In this document: positions 36,741 to 49,119 of the stretch, piece by piece
Numbering within the stretch: position 1 is the first letter of the stretch
Layout of the letters: the number at the start of each line of letters is the position of its first letter
Source of the DNA: Mobula hypostoma
Lineage: Eukaryota
DNA length: 64,000 bases
Reading direction: 5' to 3'
Assembly (NCBI RefSeq): GCF_963921235.1
Contig: NC_086097.1
Location: 172,176,001 to 172,240,000, forward strand
Made by a program: the position numbers and the translations under genes
Notes under the pieces: model-generated
What the model was told of the DNA's origin: nothing
The model's database searches: none
The model's input: the letters and a program-made list of their open reading frames with translations, nothing else

Positions 36741-39700
36741 CCAGGATCAGCAGTGTTTTGCTCTTCAGTCAGGGATAATAAGAGCAGGACTAAGCCATTC
36801 AGCCCTTCAAGCCTAGCCCTACCCATTCATCATGACCATGGCTGATCATCCAAATTCAACCCCCTCTTCCAGCTTTTCCCCACATCCGTTGATCTCCATT
36901 GCCGAAGAATAATATTTAATTCCATGAATATATTTAATGATTTAGTTCTCTGTGATTGGGTTAGCTCTTTGAAAGAAAGCCAATTAGGTTTGCAAATGTT
37001 TTTCTTACAAATGTAGCCCAACAGCAACATTTTATGTTTTATTGTTGCTTGGCGAAAGTAACAACTGGTGCAGAGTTTGTGGAGTTATTGCTGAGATATG
37101 CCTCTGAAAAACTGGTGTACTGATTCCAGTAAGGGGTGGACAACAGTCTGTTAGAGGAACACAATAGATCAAGCAGCATCAATTGGACAAAGGAGCTGTC
37201 AATTCTTTAGGTGAAAACCCTGCATCAGAACTGAGAGGGAAGTGGGAGGACGGATGACAACAGAAGTCATCTTTCCATTATGATTGAAGACCACCTGGAG
37301 GGAACCTTAGCACCTTCAGTCTCACCACTCCCCCCTTCTCTTTATACTGGCCATCTCTCTCTACACTCAGTCCTGATGCAGGGTTTTGTTCTGATATATT
37401 GACAATCAACATCCATCCTTCAAGAGCTGGAAAACCCCTTTCTGATCTTCCACATTATGGGTAGACCTTCAGTTTCGTGTGGATTTACCACAATTCTTAA
37501 AGGCACTGAGGACAAGCCCATCAACATCATTAAACTTGTAACTGTTTTAAACTGCTCAATTATTGCCTAATTGATGAAATTGGCAGAAAATGACATCCCA
37601 TAGTCAAACAACACTGAACACTTAAGACAAGATACCCCTCAGTGCCTGAAAATATAAGTGCTCTTTTAATTGCTATTGATCTGAAAATCATTTGGTTAAT
37701 ACTACATAGAAGGATCAGAAGTTATTCTGATCCTATTTTTCTTTTTTTTTCCCCCCCTTTCCACCTTGTATCACCTTTTTACCTTGCCAAAACAGCGCAG
37801 TAGTAAAACACCCATTATATGTGGTAAAGCACAGATCAGGTAAGTATCTGCTTGTTAAATTATGTTTATTTATCAAGATTGACAACAAAACTATCAATCT
37901 CTAGAGTAACAGGAAATTCCCAAATTTACTGTATAGTCTTATGTTAAATAAGTTTCTTATTTTCACATGCATGTTCAGAGGTAGATGAAAACCTTTGTTT
38001 TGCAAGCCGTCCACTTATATCAATCCATACGATTGGTGCATCAACATAAGCGAAAGGGCAACATAATGACAGAATACATAATGCAGTATTAGTTACAGAG
38101 AAAGTGCAGTGCAGGCAGACACATGCAGTAAAGTGTTAGGGCTACAGTGAGGTAGTCTGGAAGTTCAAAACTTTATCTTTATTGTACAAGAGGTCCATTC
38201 AAGTGTCTTAAAACAGTGAGATGGAAGCTGTCCTTGAGCATCATAATGCTTGTTTTCAAGCTTTTGTATCTTCTGCCAATGAAAAGAGATAGAAGAGAAA
38301 ATGTCTCTAATGGGAGGTGTCCTTAATTATGTTGGCTGCTTTCCAGAGTCAGTGAGAAGTGCAGACATATAAGTAACTAAATTCCCATTTTTTGGAGAGC
38401 GGGCAGATGATTTTCACCAGGATGTTGCCTGGGATGGTAAAACTGGATGAACTGGGTTTGTTTTCCTTGGAACAAAGGAGGCCGAGAGAAGACCGAACCG
38501 AAGAGTATATAATTATGGCAGTTTAAGTCCCATTTGAATAGGTTCAAGAACAGAAACTTCCCTTCAACCATTCAGTTCTTGAAAGAACTGGCACAACCCC
38601 AATCATTACCTCAATATAGCAATGCTACGTCCTTCTGAACACTAAAATTGAACGCAATTTTTAATGTAGGACATAGATCGTGCAGCACAGTTGGAGTTCC
38701 TCAACACACAATCTTCTGCTGACCTATATAAACCTACTCTGGAATCAATCTATGACCCTCCTTTTTGTGTTCTTCCTTGTAAAAATTATGTCTAATTTAT
38801 GTTTTTTTCCTTATGCTGCTTATATGATGGTATGTGCCTGTGATGGTGCTGCTAGTATGTGGTAAGTAATTTACTGCACCTGTGCATATGACGATAAGTT
38901 CGACTTTGAATTTAAATTCTGATCCTTCCAACAAGCAATCAAGTTCTTGTCAAATGCAGCGGAAGAAAGCAGCAATTGGATTTGGATTAAAAGGAAAGAC
39001 AGCAACTGGGCTGCAAGATGAAGACAAGGGGATATGGAACTGAGGGGGGTATATCTGGGACGCCAGGTAGCCCCGTGGAGTCCTCTGGAGATGAACGAGA
39101 TGTCAAAGAAGGAGGGTGCCCACCTGATGATCCCAATGACGTATCTACCCTCCTTGTCACCACTCCAAGCCCACTGCCAATATCAAGAGTGCCGACTTAC
39201 CATGGGGATTGAAACATCAAGTCCTAGTAGCTCTACTGCCCAAGTCCTCTCACATATACCATTCTTTCTATTTCATTCCTCTTCACTACTTTCTTATCAG
39301 GTTCCATCATCTTCAGTCCATTGTTGTCATCACCTATCACTTCACACCCTCTGTCAGTAACTTCACCCTACCCTCCCCCACCTGACTCACCTGTCAGTCA
39401 ACCTCTCCTCACTTTGATCAATTTATTGCTTGCCAGCATGCCCCCCGTCCCTCACCAATTTTTATCCATGCGCCAACATCCATGTCTGCCTGTGCTGCAT
39501 TTTCTCTGTAACTGTAACAATTAGTTCTGCTTTCTATTATTGCTTTTCCAATGTACTGATATGATAAAATGATTTGTATGGATGGCAACAAAACCAAAAA
39601 TTTCATTACTCAGTACCTTTGAAAATAATAAACCAATTTACTTGTATACTCCTCTTTATGATGGCTATCTCCCCTCTACTCTTTCAGTCCAGACGAAGGG

Positions 39701-40337
39701 CCTTGACCTGAAATGTCAACTGTCCATTTCCCTTGACAGACACCTCCTCATCTGCCGAGTTGCTCCGGCAGCTCTGATTGTTATTCTTTCCTTCTGATTC
39801 TGATTACACTTTTTTGCTCCAGGTTCCAGCACCTGAAGTCCCTTGTGCCTCCAAGTAGTTCATCACTCTGTTGCTAAGGAAGCAAAACACTTTGTCAAGA
39901 ACACTCTGGATGGGCAACAGATACTGGCCTTGCCTCCCAACGCCTTCATTCTACAGAGGAGCTTAAAATAATATAAGGTTTTTAAAAGCATTCAGGTTAT
40001 ATCTGTTTCCATTGCAGTGAGAAATGTAAGTTCAGACATTAACTGAATTCTTATTAAATCCCTCAGGGTAGAAAATAATCTGAATTAAAAAATTAATGGC
40101 CAGAATGATGACCATGAAATGATTGGGCTATTGTAAATAAATCATTTTATACCTTCAAGCCCTTCATGAATGGAAATGTACCAGGATTACTCTGTTTGAC
40201 CTGTATGTGACTGTAGGCATGCAACACTGTGGTTGACTCTCAACTGCTCTTAAAGCTACAAGAGAAATAAATTGTTTACTTTGCAATTATCTCCTGCATC
40301 ACATGACTGAATAAAATAAGATTATTGTCCACACACC

Positions 40338-43300
40338 TGTTGTGTATGTAATATTTGAGTAATATTGTAAATCATTCTTTGTTGTTTAAGTAGTTCATTA
40401 AGTGTTATTTGTAAAAGTACATGAATGGTATACATCTTTATGTCACAACATCATATGTGTGCATCATTATGCCACCACATCATAAGTGTGCGCCTCTCTA
40501 GAAGTATAAAACGAAACAAGACATATTATTGCTGGCTCCGTGTTTTTCTTTTGATTAATTTTTGGAGTTATAAAACTTAACAGTGGCAATGAGTAAATTT
40601 CCAAAAATTAATCAAAGATGACTACCTACTTGTTGAAGTGCAGCAGTTTGGGGGTGGGGGGTGGGGGGAAGAGGGAAAGAGAAATGATCAAGTTTTAAAA
40701 AATCAAAGCATGTGTTCCTCAGAAGAGAAGAGACAGTTGAGTTGTAAAAAAAAGGCAGAAAACAGATTCATGGGTTCATTATCACCGGGTGATAATAATC
40801 ATAATTTTTTTAACACAGTAATATTTGGCTGCATCAGAAAGATAGACATGTTCAATTGCACAAAAGATAACTGGCTGATGTATACTGGGTGAAATGAGCA
40901 GTATTTGGAAACAAATGAAATGTAAGTGCCAATTTTGCTGAGTGTAATAGGTGAATGCAGTTTGCTTAGAAATTTAACTGCTCCAATCAAACCAGCCAAA
41001 CTGCGCTTTGCTGAATTGTGAACCTAAAGCAGGAACTTTTAGAACCATTTAGAACATTGTTGATTGCAGAACCAACCTTTCCAAACAAATTGTGTTGCAT
41101 TGTGGCAGCAGCTCACATGCACCAGAGCAATGCAGTTTTAAAGGAGAAGCTTGCAGAAAATGCGACAGAGTAGGACACATACAAAGATCATGTTGGGCAG
41201 ACCAAAAAAATTAATGGGCTACAAAGGGAAGAGATAAAGATAAAAGTCAAGTTGCAGTTTCAGAAAGAGCACTAATCCGCATGGCATTGATGTAAAACCT
41301 GACAATGATGTGAGTGACACAGGATTGAGTACCATTGTGATTTACAGTGTGAAAACTATCCTGAGACAAATAATATGGCTTACACCAGAAGTAGACAGAA
41401 AATTAATTGAAGTAGAATTGGACACAAGCTCAGCTGTTTCAGTCATTCCACAAAATGAGTTTGAATGGCGTTTCAAATATACTAAACTGAAGCCAGCAGC
41501 TATCTAATTAACTGGAGAGAAGATAGCTCCTGTGGGAATGACATTTGTAACAGTGAAATACAACAACCAACAAGCTACATTGGGCTTGTATGTTCTAAAA
41601 ACAAGAGGCCAGCATTGTGGGGGCATGAATGGATGAAACGGCAATTCATTTGGAGATCGATCCACAATTTGCAGGCCACAGCAGTATTCAAGGATGGCAC
41701 TGGAAAACTCAAATATATCAAGGGTAAAGTAGTGTTAAATGAAAATGCCACACCCAAGTCTTACAATGACAGTCTGGTTCCTTATACCATCAGTGATAAA
41801 GTAGCCGGTGAGTTAGATTGCATGGAGGCTGTAAGCAGTCTTTCCAAGTTTCAGTAGAGCCCAGAGGCAGTGCGAGTCGTCCCAGTAATGGGTCTGTCAG
41901 GATCTGTGGTGATTTTAATGTCACCGTCAACTGAGTACTGAAAGTAGATCAATACTTTCTGCCTGAGATAAATGATATCTTTGCAAATCTTTCTGGAGGA
42001 AAACAGTTCAGCAAAGTGGACTTAGCTGAATACCTACCTACAGATGGAGATGGAAGAAGAGTCTGAAGTGTTTCTCACCATAAACATTCAGAAAGGGCTT
42101 TATCACTGTTATTTTTGGAGAAGCAACTGCACCTGCACTCTGGTGGAAAGCTATGGACCAAGTGCTACAAGGCTGTCCAGGCACTCAGTGTTGGCTGGAT
42201 GACATCATTGTTGCCAGTAAGGATGACAAGGGACATCTCCAAAATTTCGAGACAGTGTTAAAAAGTTTAAAAGATTATAGGCTCAGAGCATGATGCAACA
42301 AGTGTGAATTCCTTAAACCAGGCATCACTTAATGTGGTTATCCTATTGATGCACAAGGATTGCATCAAGTGTGCTGAGAAAATTGAAGTGTTGATGGATG
42401 CCTCAAGACCAAAGGATCTTTTACAGTTGCAGTCCTTTTTAGGATTGGTCAATTACTATAATACATTCCTGTCTAACCTGGCTATTGTGCTCGACCCATT
42501 AAACTCATTACTACGGACTGGGAAGAAATGCCAATCGACAGATCAGTATGAGGTGACTTTTCAAAAAGCAAAAGAAATGGTGACAACCAACACTGTACTC
42601 ACATGTTATGATCCCATTGTCCTGTGAAGCTTGCCTGTGATACCTAGCTTTATGGTATAGTGGAACCATGTCATATGTTACGTTTGATGGAAGTGAATGC
42701 CCATAGTCTTTGTATCGCGTTCCCTTACTGCTACGGAGAAAATTTACGCACAGGTTGACAGAGAGGCCTTGAGCCTGCTTTGAGGAGAGCATTTCAACTA
42801 GTGCTGTGTGGGAGAGAGTTTACCTTCATTACTGATCATTCAACCACTTGTGTCCATTTTCAATCGAAAGAAGGGTGTTCCACTAAGAGCAGCAGCACGA
42901 ATGCAGAGACGGGCTCTATTTCTTCGAGGACAACATTGAATTCAAGAGGACGACTAATCACGGAAATGCTGATGGATTGTCCCATTTACCCTTGGAAAAG
43001 GGAGTACTGTACCAGAATTATTTAGAAAAGAGGATACTCTGCTTGACATATTCTCCTTAATGCAAATCAAAAGTCTCCCTATTAAAGCAGAGGTGATCAG
43101 AAATACAACAACCAGAAAAGTCACTGTACTGTCTCAGGTCTACAGGGCAACCCAAAGTGGATGGAATGCGAAGCAGGATTTCTAGTTCCCCCATTTTTAC
43201 CAGCGCCAGGATGAACTTGCCCTTGACAGAAATTGCCTTGTGTGGGGATTGAGAGCTGTTGTACCATCCAAGTTGAGAGCTAAAGTGCTGGAGGAGCTAC

Positions 43301-44002
43301 ATACCGGTCATCTAGGCATGGTCAAAATGAAAGTGTCGGCTCAAAGCTTTGTCCGGTGGCCTGAGATAGATCAGCAGATCGAACAGCTTGCTACGCACCA
43401 TCCAGGATGCCAACACATCCAGAAGAAAGGTGGCTACCACTGTCAGAACCACTTCCTGCAGTCCCAGAGTCAAGTTATATAACCACCACAGAGGAGGCCC
43501 CAGATCCTGAAATTATTTCACTGCCACAAGTCTCATCTGCCAAGCAAAGTGCCCCTCCCCCGCCCCACTTGTCAGGAAAGACGTTATCCCACAAGAGTAT
43601 GAAATCCTCCACAGTGATCAAATCTTTTGGCCCGAATGGGACAAATTAAAATTTACTTTGCTGTGTATGTCTATATAGTAGTTGTGTTATATACTATACT
43701 GTATATATGTATAAAGTTGAGATGCATTCTATATTGAGCTGAACATTATAACTAAGCAGGGAGCAGTGTTGTATTTAATATTTCAGTAATATTGTAAGTA
43801 TATTGCTTGATAAGCATTTAAGTGTTATATGAAAATGTATGTGAATGGCATACGTCATTACATCACCACATCATATGTTCATTTTGTTATGCCACCACAT
43901 CATAAGTGCACCCCTCACTAGAAGTAAAAAATGAAACTAGACATGTTATTCCCAGCTTCGTGTTTTTCTTTCGATTAACTTCTGGAGTCACAAAACATAA
44001 CG
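40338..44002 (+). mobile_element. Gypsy (Ty3; probably Mag-clade-like) LTR retrotransposon, degenerate and internally deleted
   Basis: LTRs 40338-40582 and 43767-44002; PBS TGGCAATGAG; purine tract before the 3' LTR; two CCHC knuckles ~41090-41195; protease ELDTSSAVSVI; RT WLDDIIV ~42192; SFLGLVNYY; integrase zinc region EELHTGHLG; integrase core missing. Confidence 0.9.
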
Positions 44003-46138
44003 GTACTCTCTTCCCACAATAATAATTCTTCTGCAATTTAGAAAGTTGAAGCCAGCCTCAGAAGAAGTGCTCTTTAACTGTTTATAGTGTCAAGCTGGGA
44101 ATCATTCACTGAGATCTGACTTTGACAATTTAACAATTGTTCACCTCTGAGTCAATAAATCTATAAGAATGTGAGGGGTCTTGACAGGGTGGAAGTGAAG
44201 AGGGTGTTTCATCTTGTGAGAGAATCTACAGCCAGCATTCACAGTCTAAGAGGGGCCACCCAATTAAAATGGAGATGAGTTATTTTATTTCGGTACTGTA
44301 TCCATAGAATCAGAGTCACAGAGTCATACAACACAAAAAGAGCCCTTTAGCCCAACTAGTCTGTACCCATCTACAGTAGTCCCTAATGCCCGATTTAGGC
44401 CCTTTCTTATCCATGTACATCATAACATATACTGACCCCCTCTGGGTGAAATAGATACCCTTCAGGTTTGTATTAAATCTCTTCCATCTCACTTTAAACA
44501 AACCCTGGGGGAAAGGCTGTGTGTATCATCCAATCTATGCTCTTCATGGTTTTATACACTTTTATAAGATCACTCCTCAATGACCTATGGTCCAATGATA
44601 GAAGTCTCAACCTCTACTGGTCCTGATTCTTTTAATCTCTCTTCTTCAAAGCTTTGTGGAGATATAGTCCATGACCAATTTTAGAGTACAGCAACAGATA
44701 AATTGTTGGAAGGAGCTCAGTGTGTCAGGCATCTTCTGTGGCAGAAAGCAGACAGTTGAATTGGAAATGTATTTAATCTGGTAACGATCAATGAGTTTTG
44801 ATACTCTTCATCACTCCAGGCGTATGTGTGGGTTTGAGGTATTTTTATTTGTTGATGTATCTGCGTGTTGCAGTGTATCTCAGAGTTCCTGCCTTGGGCA
44901 AGGTTGTTTTATATTAGATCTGTCTTTGCTTGCTTACATAATCTACAATATGAAGGATCCCACAAAAACTCAATTAATAATGTTGACCAAAGCACAAATA
45001 TTGGCAGAACAAATAGGGATCTCCTCCAGTGCTCTTCAAACAAAGCTTTCTTGGTCCACCACAAAGGGGCAGGCAAAGCCTGGGTTTAATGCCTCATCGG
45101 AAGTTCTGATATGCTGGGAGATTGACTGAAACAGTTTGCCTTTTCCTCTTCTTCTACAACACTGAGTCCATGAAAGTAAATTATGGTTGACGTGTAACTC
45201 GGACCTGCATGTTTATTGAACATTAGAGAACAGTATTGAATTCTTGAACATGATTAGTGCACTGATATGTGACTTAATTTTCAAGGAGTTTTCAAGATCT
45301 GCATCATTGTTGGTCAGTCCTGAAATAAACTGTATTATATTTGCATACAACTTCTGTTATGCCCCACTTAGAATACTACATGGAGTTCTAGATGCCCAAT
45401 TACAGGAAGGATGTGGAGGCTTTGGAGAGGATTCAGAAGAGGGTTAGCTGAATGCTTGAGCTTCAAGTTTATTAGGCATACCTACACAGAATATAAATGC
45501 ATGAGAATTAGATTTTTGAGCATGAAAATTAAACTTTTGCAAATGCAGCCTGGATTAGAGGGTATTAGTAGAAGGAGCAGTTGTTTTCTCTTGAGTGTCA
45601 GAGATTGAGGGGAGATCTGATAGTAGTTTATAAAATTACAAGAGGCATAGATAGGAGAGACAGTCAAAATCTTTCTTCCCAGAGTATAAATGTTGAATGC
45701 ATTGTTTTAAATTGAGAAGGCGACAGGTTACAGGAGGAGTATGGGGCAAGTTATTCATAAAGAGAGTGATAGGTGCCTAGATCATGTTGCACAGAGGTAG
45801 TGGAAGCAGATACAACATTGGCATTCGAAGGGCTGTTAGGTAGGCAAAGGAACTTGCAGAGAATTGGGGGGGGGTATATGGATCGTGTGCAAGCAGGTGG
45901 AATTAACTTCATCAGGTATTGAGCTTAGGACAGACATCATGGGGCGAAGGGCCTGTTGCTATGCTGTGCTGTTCTGTGTACAAAGAGATGTAGGTTTTGT
46001 TTCCATACTGCCCACCCCTGATTTAAGCACCTTTGACAGTAATGCTGGAATGCTAATAATTGTATTATGAAGAATGAAGTTTAGGGAGATCAAATGAGTG
46101 TGGAGGGCTCTACTTCAAAAGGAAACTTTATGTTTATA

Positions 46139-48589
46139 TTTGTTTATTTATGTCTCCGTCTCCGAGCCTACTTCTTCGGCAAGGACTCTTCCACCCCCAC
46201 CGATGACCCCTTCTCCCGTCTTCAACCCTCCTCTTCTTCATGGACACCCCGCTCTGGTCTTCTGCCTGCTCTGGATCTCTTTATCGCTAACTGCCGACGG
46301 GACATCAACCGTCTCGACTTCACCACACCTTGTCCCCATTCCAACCTCACTCCTTCGGAACGCTCTGCTCTCCACTCCCTCCGCACTAATCCTAACCTTA
46401 TTATTAAACCCGCCGATAAGGGGGGTGCTGTTGTAGTCTGGGGTACTGACCTCTACCTTGCCGAGGCACAGCGACAACTCGAGGATACCTCCTCTTATTT
46501 ACCCCTCGATCGTGACCCCACTAAGGAGCACCAGGCCATTGTGTCCCACACCATCACCAACTTTATCCGCTCAGGGGATCTCCCATCCACTGCTACCAAC
46601 CTTATAGTTCCCACACCCCGCACGTCCCGTTTCTACCTCCTACCCAAGATCCACAAACCTGCCTGTCCTGGCTGACCTATTGTCTCAGCTTGCTCCTGCC
46701 CCACCGAGCTCGTTTCTGCATACCTCGACACGGTTTTATCCCCCCATGTTCAATCCCTTCCGACCTATGTTCGTGACACTTCTCACGCTCTTAAACTTTT
46801 CGATGATTTTAAGTTCCCTGGCCCCCACCGCTTTATTTTCACCATGGATGTCCAGTCCTTTTATACTTCCATCCCCCATCAGGATGGTCTCAAAGCTCTA
46901 TGCTTCTTTTTGGATTCCAGACCTAATCAGTTCCCCTCTACCACCACTCTGCTCCATCTAGCGGAATTAGTCCTTACTCTTAATAATTTCTCCTTTGGCT
47001 CCTCCCACTTCCTCCAAACTAAAGGTGTAGCTATGGGCACCCGTATGGGTCCTAGCTATGCCTGCCTTTTTGTTGGGTTTGTGGAACAATCTATGTTCCG
47101 TGCCTATTCTGGTATCTGTCCCCCACTTTTCCTTCGCTACATCGACGGCTGCATTGGCGCTGCTTCCTGCACGCATGCAGAACTCGTTGACTTTATTAAC
47201 TTTGCCTCCAACTTTCACCCTGCCCTCAAGTTTACCTGGTCCTTTTCCGACACCTCCCTCCCCTTTCTAGATCTCTCTGTCTCTGTCTCTGGAGACAGCT
47301 TATCCACTGATGTGTACTATAAGCCTACTGACTCTCACAGCTATCTGGACTATTCCTCTTCTCACCCTGTCTCTTGCAAAAATGCCATCCCCTTCTCGCA
47401 ATTCCTCCGTCTCCGCCGCATCTGCTCTCAGGATGAGGCTTTTCATTCTAGGACGAGGGAGATGTCTTGCTTTTTTAAAGAAAGGGGCTTCCCTTCCTCC
47501 ACTATCAACTCTGTGCTTAAACGCATCTCCCCCATTTCACGTACATCTGCTCTCACTCCATCCTCCCGCCACCCCACTAGGAATAGGGTTCCCCTGGTCC
47601 TCACCCACCACCCCACCAGCCTCCGGGTCAAACATATTATTCTCCGTAACTTCCGCCACCTCCAATGGGATCCCACCACTAAGCACATCTTTCCCTCCCC
47701 GCCTCTCTCTGCATTCCGCAGGGATCGCTCCCTAAGCAACTCCCTTGTCCATTTGTCCCCCCCATCCCTCCCCACTGATCTCCCTCCTGGCACTTATCCG
47801 TGTAAGCGGAACAAGTGCTACACATGCCCTTACACTTCCTCCCTTACCACCATTCAGGGCCCCAAACAGTCCTTCCAGGTGAGGCAACACTTCACCTGTG
47901 AGTCGACTGGGGTGATATACTGCGTCCGGTGCTCCTGATGTGGCCTTTTATATATTGGCGAGACCCGACGCAGACTGGGAGACCGCTTTGCTGAACATCT
48001 ACGCTCTGTCCGCCAGAGAAAGCAGGATCTCCCAGTGGCCACACATTTTAATTCCACATCCCATTCCCATTCTGACATGTCTATCCACGGCCTCCTCTAC
48101 TGTAAAGATGAAGCCACACTCAGGTTGGAGGAACAACACCTTATATTCCGTCTGGGTAGCCTCCAACCTGATGGCATGAACATCGACTTCTCTAACTTCC
48201 GCTAAGGCCCCACCTCCCCCTCGTACCCCATTTTTATGCACACATTCTTCCTCTCACTCTCCTTTTTCTCCCTCTGTCCCTCTGAATATACCTCTTGCCC
48301 ATCCTCTGGGTCCCCCCCTCCTCCTTGTCTTTCTTCCCGGACCTCCTGTCCCATGATCCTCTCGTATCCCCTTTTGCCTATCACCTGTCCAGCTCTTGGC
48401 TCTATCCCTCCCGCTCCTGTCTTCTCCTATCATTTTGGATCTCACCCTCCCCCTCCTACTTTCAAATCCCTTACTCACTCTTCCTTCAGTTAGTCCTGAC
48501 GAAGGGTCTCGGCCTGAAATGTCGACTGCACCTCTTCCTACAGATGCTGCCTGGCCTGCTGCGTTCACCAGCAACTTTGATGTGTGTTG
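46139..48589 (+). mobile_element. Penelope-like element, 5'-truncated: RT, Cys-rich linker, GIY-YIG endonuclease and terminal repeat
   Basis: One reading frame to the TAA at 48203-48205, broken only by TGA at 46673 and 47936; motifs KPADKG, LPKIHK, GVAMGT, RYIDG, CKRNKCYTC, VIYCVRC..YIGET; 12-bp flanking repeat TTTATGTTTATA at 46127-46138 and 48590-48601. Confidence 0.95.
48492..48527 (+). ncRNA. Minimal hammerhead ribozyme motif in the Penelope terminal repeat
   Basis: AGUC-CUGACGA-AGGGUCUCGGCCU-GAAA-UG-UC-GACU: stem I AGUC/GACU, full catalytic core, GUC cleavage triplet. Confidence 0.75.
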
Positions 48590-49119
48590 TTTATGTTTAT
48601 AGCACATTTTTCACAACATTAAGATGCGCATATGTGTTTTAAAGAATCAGAATCAGGTTTATTATCACTGGCATGTGTTATGAAATTTACTAACTTAACA
48701 GCAGCAGTACACTGCAATACATGGTAATATAGAAAGAAAAAATAAATAAATAAGTAAATCACAGTAAGTTTATATGTGTATATTGAATAGGTTAACACAG
48801 TGCAAAAACAGAAATAGTATATATTTTCAAAAAGTGAGGTTGTGTCCAATGGTTCAATGTCCATTTAGCAATCAGATGGCAGAGGGGAAGAAGCTGTTCC
48901 TGAGTCGCTGAGTGTGTGCCTTCAGGCTTCTGTACCTCCTACCTGTCGGGAACAACGAGAAGAGGGCACGTCCTGAGTGATGGGGGTCCTTAATAACAGA
49001 TGTTGCCTTTCTGAGACACCACTTCTTGAAGATATCTTGGGTACTACAGAGGCTAGTACCCGTGATGGAGCTGACTAATTTTGCAACTTTCTGTAGCTTC
49101 TTTCAGTCCTGTACAGTAG

